64,000 nucleotides of DNA from the human T2T-CHM13v2.0 reference genome, Homo sapiens: NCBI RefSeq assembly GCF_009914755.1, contig NC_060942.1. One strand, given 5' to 3'. This document shows positions 60,290 through 64,000 of this stretch, in pieces; position 1 is the first letter of the stretch; each line of letters opens with the position of its first letter. The position numbers were made by a program, and so were the translations under genes. The notes under the pieces are model-generated. The model made no database searches and was not told the origin of the DNA. It worked only from the letters and a program-made list of their open reading frames with translations.

Positions 60290-62265
60290 AGAGGAAAATA
60301 TAAGAAATGCTTAGGTACAAATTTAGCAAACATATTTATTACCTATATGAGAAAAAACTTTGATGAAAGAAATCAAAGAACTAAGTGGAGAGATATCCCA
60401 TATTCATGGATAGGAAGACTCACTATTATCAAGATGTTGATTCTTCCCAACTAGATCTACAGATTTAATACAATCCCAGTCAAACTCCCAGCAAGTATTT
60501 TTTGTGGCTATCAAAAAACTAATTCTAAAGTTTATATGGAGAGGAAAAAGACCCAGAATAGACAACACAATACTGAAGGAGAACAAAATTGGAGAACTAA
60601 CACTACCAAACATGAAAACTTACTGTAAAGTTACAGTAATCAGCACAGTGTGGTGCTGGTGAAAGAAGAGACAAATAAATCAATGGAACAGAATAAAGAG
60701 CCCAGAAATAGACCCACACAAACATATTCAACTGATCTTTGACAAAGAAGCAAAGGCAATACAATGCAGAAAAGATAGTTTTTCTAACAAATGGTGCTGG
60801 AACAACTGGAAATCCTCTTTAGAGAAAAAAGAATAGAGGAGAGGAGGGGAAAATTTTTAAAAATTTAAAAATTTTAAAAAAGAATCCAGACACAGACCTT
60901 ATAAACTTCACGAAAATTAACTAAAAAAAAAATCACAGATCTAACTGTAAAATACAAAACTATAAAGCTCTGAGAAGATAACAGGAGAAAATCTAAATGA
61001 TACTGAGTTTGAAGATGACTTTTAAGATACATCACTAAAGCCATGATTCATGAAAAAAATAACAGATAAGCTAGATTTTATTCAAATTAAAAACTTCTGC
61101 TCTGCAAAAGACACTGTCAAGAGAATGAGAAGGCAAGCCACAGACTGGGGGAAAATATTTGCAAAAGACATATCTGATAAAGAACTATTATCCAAAATAT
61201 ACAAAGAACCCTTAAAACTCAACAATAAGAAAACACACAAACTGATTTTAAAATGGGCAAAAGATCTGAACAAACATTACAGCAAAGAAAATATATAGAT
61301 GGTAAATAAACATATGAAAAGATGCTCCACATCATATGCTGTTAGGGAATTGTGAATTAAGACAAAAATTATATACTTCTACACACCTATCAGAATGGCA
61401 GGAATCCAAAGTACTGACATGAAATGATGGTGAGGAAGTGAAGCAACAGGAACACTCATTTATTGCTAGTGGGAATGCAAAATAGTATGGCCACTTTGGA
61501 AAACAGTTTGGCAGTTCCTTACAAAACTAAATATACTCTTAATGTAAAATTCAGCAATTATGCTCTTTGGTATTTATTCAATGAGTTGAAAACTTATGTC
61601 CACTCAAAAATCTGCACACAGATGTTTACAGCAGCTTTATTCATAATTGCCAGAAATCAGAAGCAACCAAAACATTCTTAAATAGGTGAACAGATGAACA
61701 AACTGTCGTACATCCATACAATGGAATATTATTCAGTGCTAAAAGGAAATGAGCTATCAAGCCATGATAACACATGAAGGAAACTTACATGCATATTTCT
61801 CAGTGAAAGAAGCTAGTCTGAAAAGGTTACATACTGTACGATTGTACATACTGGAAAAGATAAAACCATAGAGCCAGCAAAAAGATTAGTGGTTACAAGG
61901 TGATTGGGTGGGGTAGGAAAGGGAAAAAGGAGAGGAATGAGTAAGTGGAGCACTGAGGATTTTTAGGGCAGTGAAATTACTCTGTGTGAAACTACAATGG
62001 TGGATGCATGCCATTATGTATTTGTCAAAATCTAAAAATCTGTGCAATACAACCAGTGAACCCTCAGGTAAATGATGGGCTTTCGGTAGTGATGTGTCAA
62101 TGAATATTCCTCCACTGTAACACATGTACCACTCTAGTGAGAGATACTGATAGTGCGCGGGGGAAGGCAGGGGCAGGGGGAAAGGTGCGCATGTGTGTAT
62201 ATGGGAACTGTGTACTTTCTGCTAAATTTTGCAGAACTTAAAACTGCTTTAAAAAATACTGTCTG
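60290..62265 (+). mobile_element. L1MC/MB: ORF2 3' half and 3' UTR
   Basis: ORF2-like peptides (KWRDIPYSWIGRL, IKNFCSAKDTVKRMRRQATDW) and an L1MC-type 3' end. Confidence 0.88.
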
Positions 62266-62621
62266 TTTTTTTAAAAAATCTATGTTTGAAGACAATTTTA
62301 AAGTAAGAAGATCAGTGTACAAGTCTTGATATCAGTTTCCTCTTACTGGTACCATTACCTTTCAGGAGTAACTAATCTTCTCTTGAGTCTTTTTACTATC
62401 TATCTGTAAAACAGAATCAAATGAAACAATGTGAACAAAAGTATTCTGTAAATATGAACATTAATGTAATCACAATAATAACAGAATCACTTCTACTCTA
62501 CTGTCCTTTTGGTATATTCTTACCTAGATGAATACATACTAAGCTGAAATCAGATGGCCTTACCTGGTCATTTGTTTTGTTTTGACTTTTTGTTAAAAAC
62601 TAGTTTTGGTGAATATTTCAA

Positions 62622-62937
<316 letters not shown>

Positions 62938-64000
62938 CAGTACTTTCTTATTTCACCAAAATCATAATCAGAATATATTAATGTGCATTTTTATGTGACA
63001 CATTTCAAGATGATTCTCTATTTTACTAATTAAAAGATTATTTAAGTGCCTTACTGGTATGATTATAGTAATTGTCAATGACAAATCTGTTCCTTATGAC
63101 TCAATCATACATAGAACTCTGTAATTATCTAAAATAATAAAATGGTTTCAGATTTTTATATTAAAAATAATTTATATGCTCATTTTAATTGGCATCAGAC
63201 AGACCTGTGTTTAAATTTTGGCTCTGAAAATGCTGGCTGTGTGATCTTTAGCAAGAAGTAATTTTAACTCTCTGAGGCTCAGTTAATTCATCTAAAAAAT
63301 AGATATCTATATATTAGATGAATAAATGTGTATCTTTACATTATGTATTTAACTTAATATCCATAAAAGTAGATTGATATCCCATGACATTGGAGGAGGA
63401 ACTTGCAGAAGTAATTTTAAAGTTAATCTGGAAGAAAAGGTATGCACTAATGCTAAACATTAAAAATAATGTGAAGTACAATATTAAAATATTATTTCAG
63501 AGAACCACTTTATATTTTCAGTAATCAATAAGAAAATCAGCAACTTCTAAAACTTTTTTGAAGGTGAGAAGAATGAGGAGAAGAAAGATAATGAGAATGA
63601 AGAAAATAAATGAGAATAGGTACGGAAAATCTCTCTTTCAGACTGGCATCATAGGACTGTGTTGGACATTTCTGGGTGGATGTGCCATTATGCTAGATAG
63701 CCTAGGTTTGGAGATGCAGTCAGTTCTCAAGCCAGCTTACTGTGAGTGGCCATTGACAGCCCTGTGTGGCTATGGCCCAGTTAATTTCCTTTCCAGTAGC
63801 AATTTTTTGCTGCTTTTCTCCAAGATGCTTTATAGTAAGTTAATGAACCCACTAGGTATTCATGTTACTACAAGGCGAATCTCATTCAGCTCTTCTATAA
63901 GGATTATTACAAAATTCCTCAAAATTGGGATGTGCATCATTCCTTAATAGCAGTTGTTTATATTCACAGATTCTGTCTTACCTTGAAAATTAAATTCAGC

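Overview
Primate (almost certainly human) intergenic DNA dominated by Alu, L1, L2, MIR, MaLR-LTR and DNA-transposon remnants. It contains one real gene: an intronless CTAGE-family retrogene on the minus strand (745 aa from the first ATG), which I recognise as CTAGE1/cTAGE-2 (18q11.2). A 74-aa ORF matching cTAGE-1 lies just downstream. The main observation is that the CTAGE ORF is only the 3' part of a single ~4.25 kb L1-mediated insertion (33418-37664), bounded by a 17/19-identical target-site duplication and ending in a poly(A) tail. Read 5'->3' on the minus strand, the insertion is: an ALG11 exon-1-like segment, then a 465-nt spliced ATP7B segment with apparently exact exon ends, then ~700 nt of genomic linker containing an MLT1 LTR piece, then the CTAGE cDNA. 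The locus therefore looks like a second-generation retrocopy of a three-gene chimeric mRNA. Smaller oddities are a palindromic AT-rich minisatellite inside a MER44 element and an internally deleted L1PA. Gene identities, exon phases and repeat subfamilies come from my recall of reference sequences, not from a search, and most repeat boundaries are approximate.
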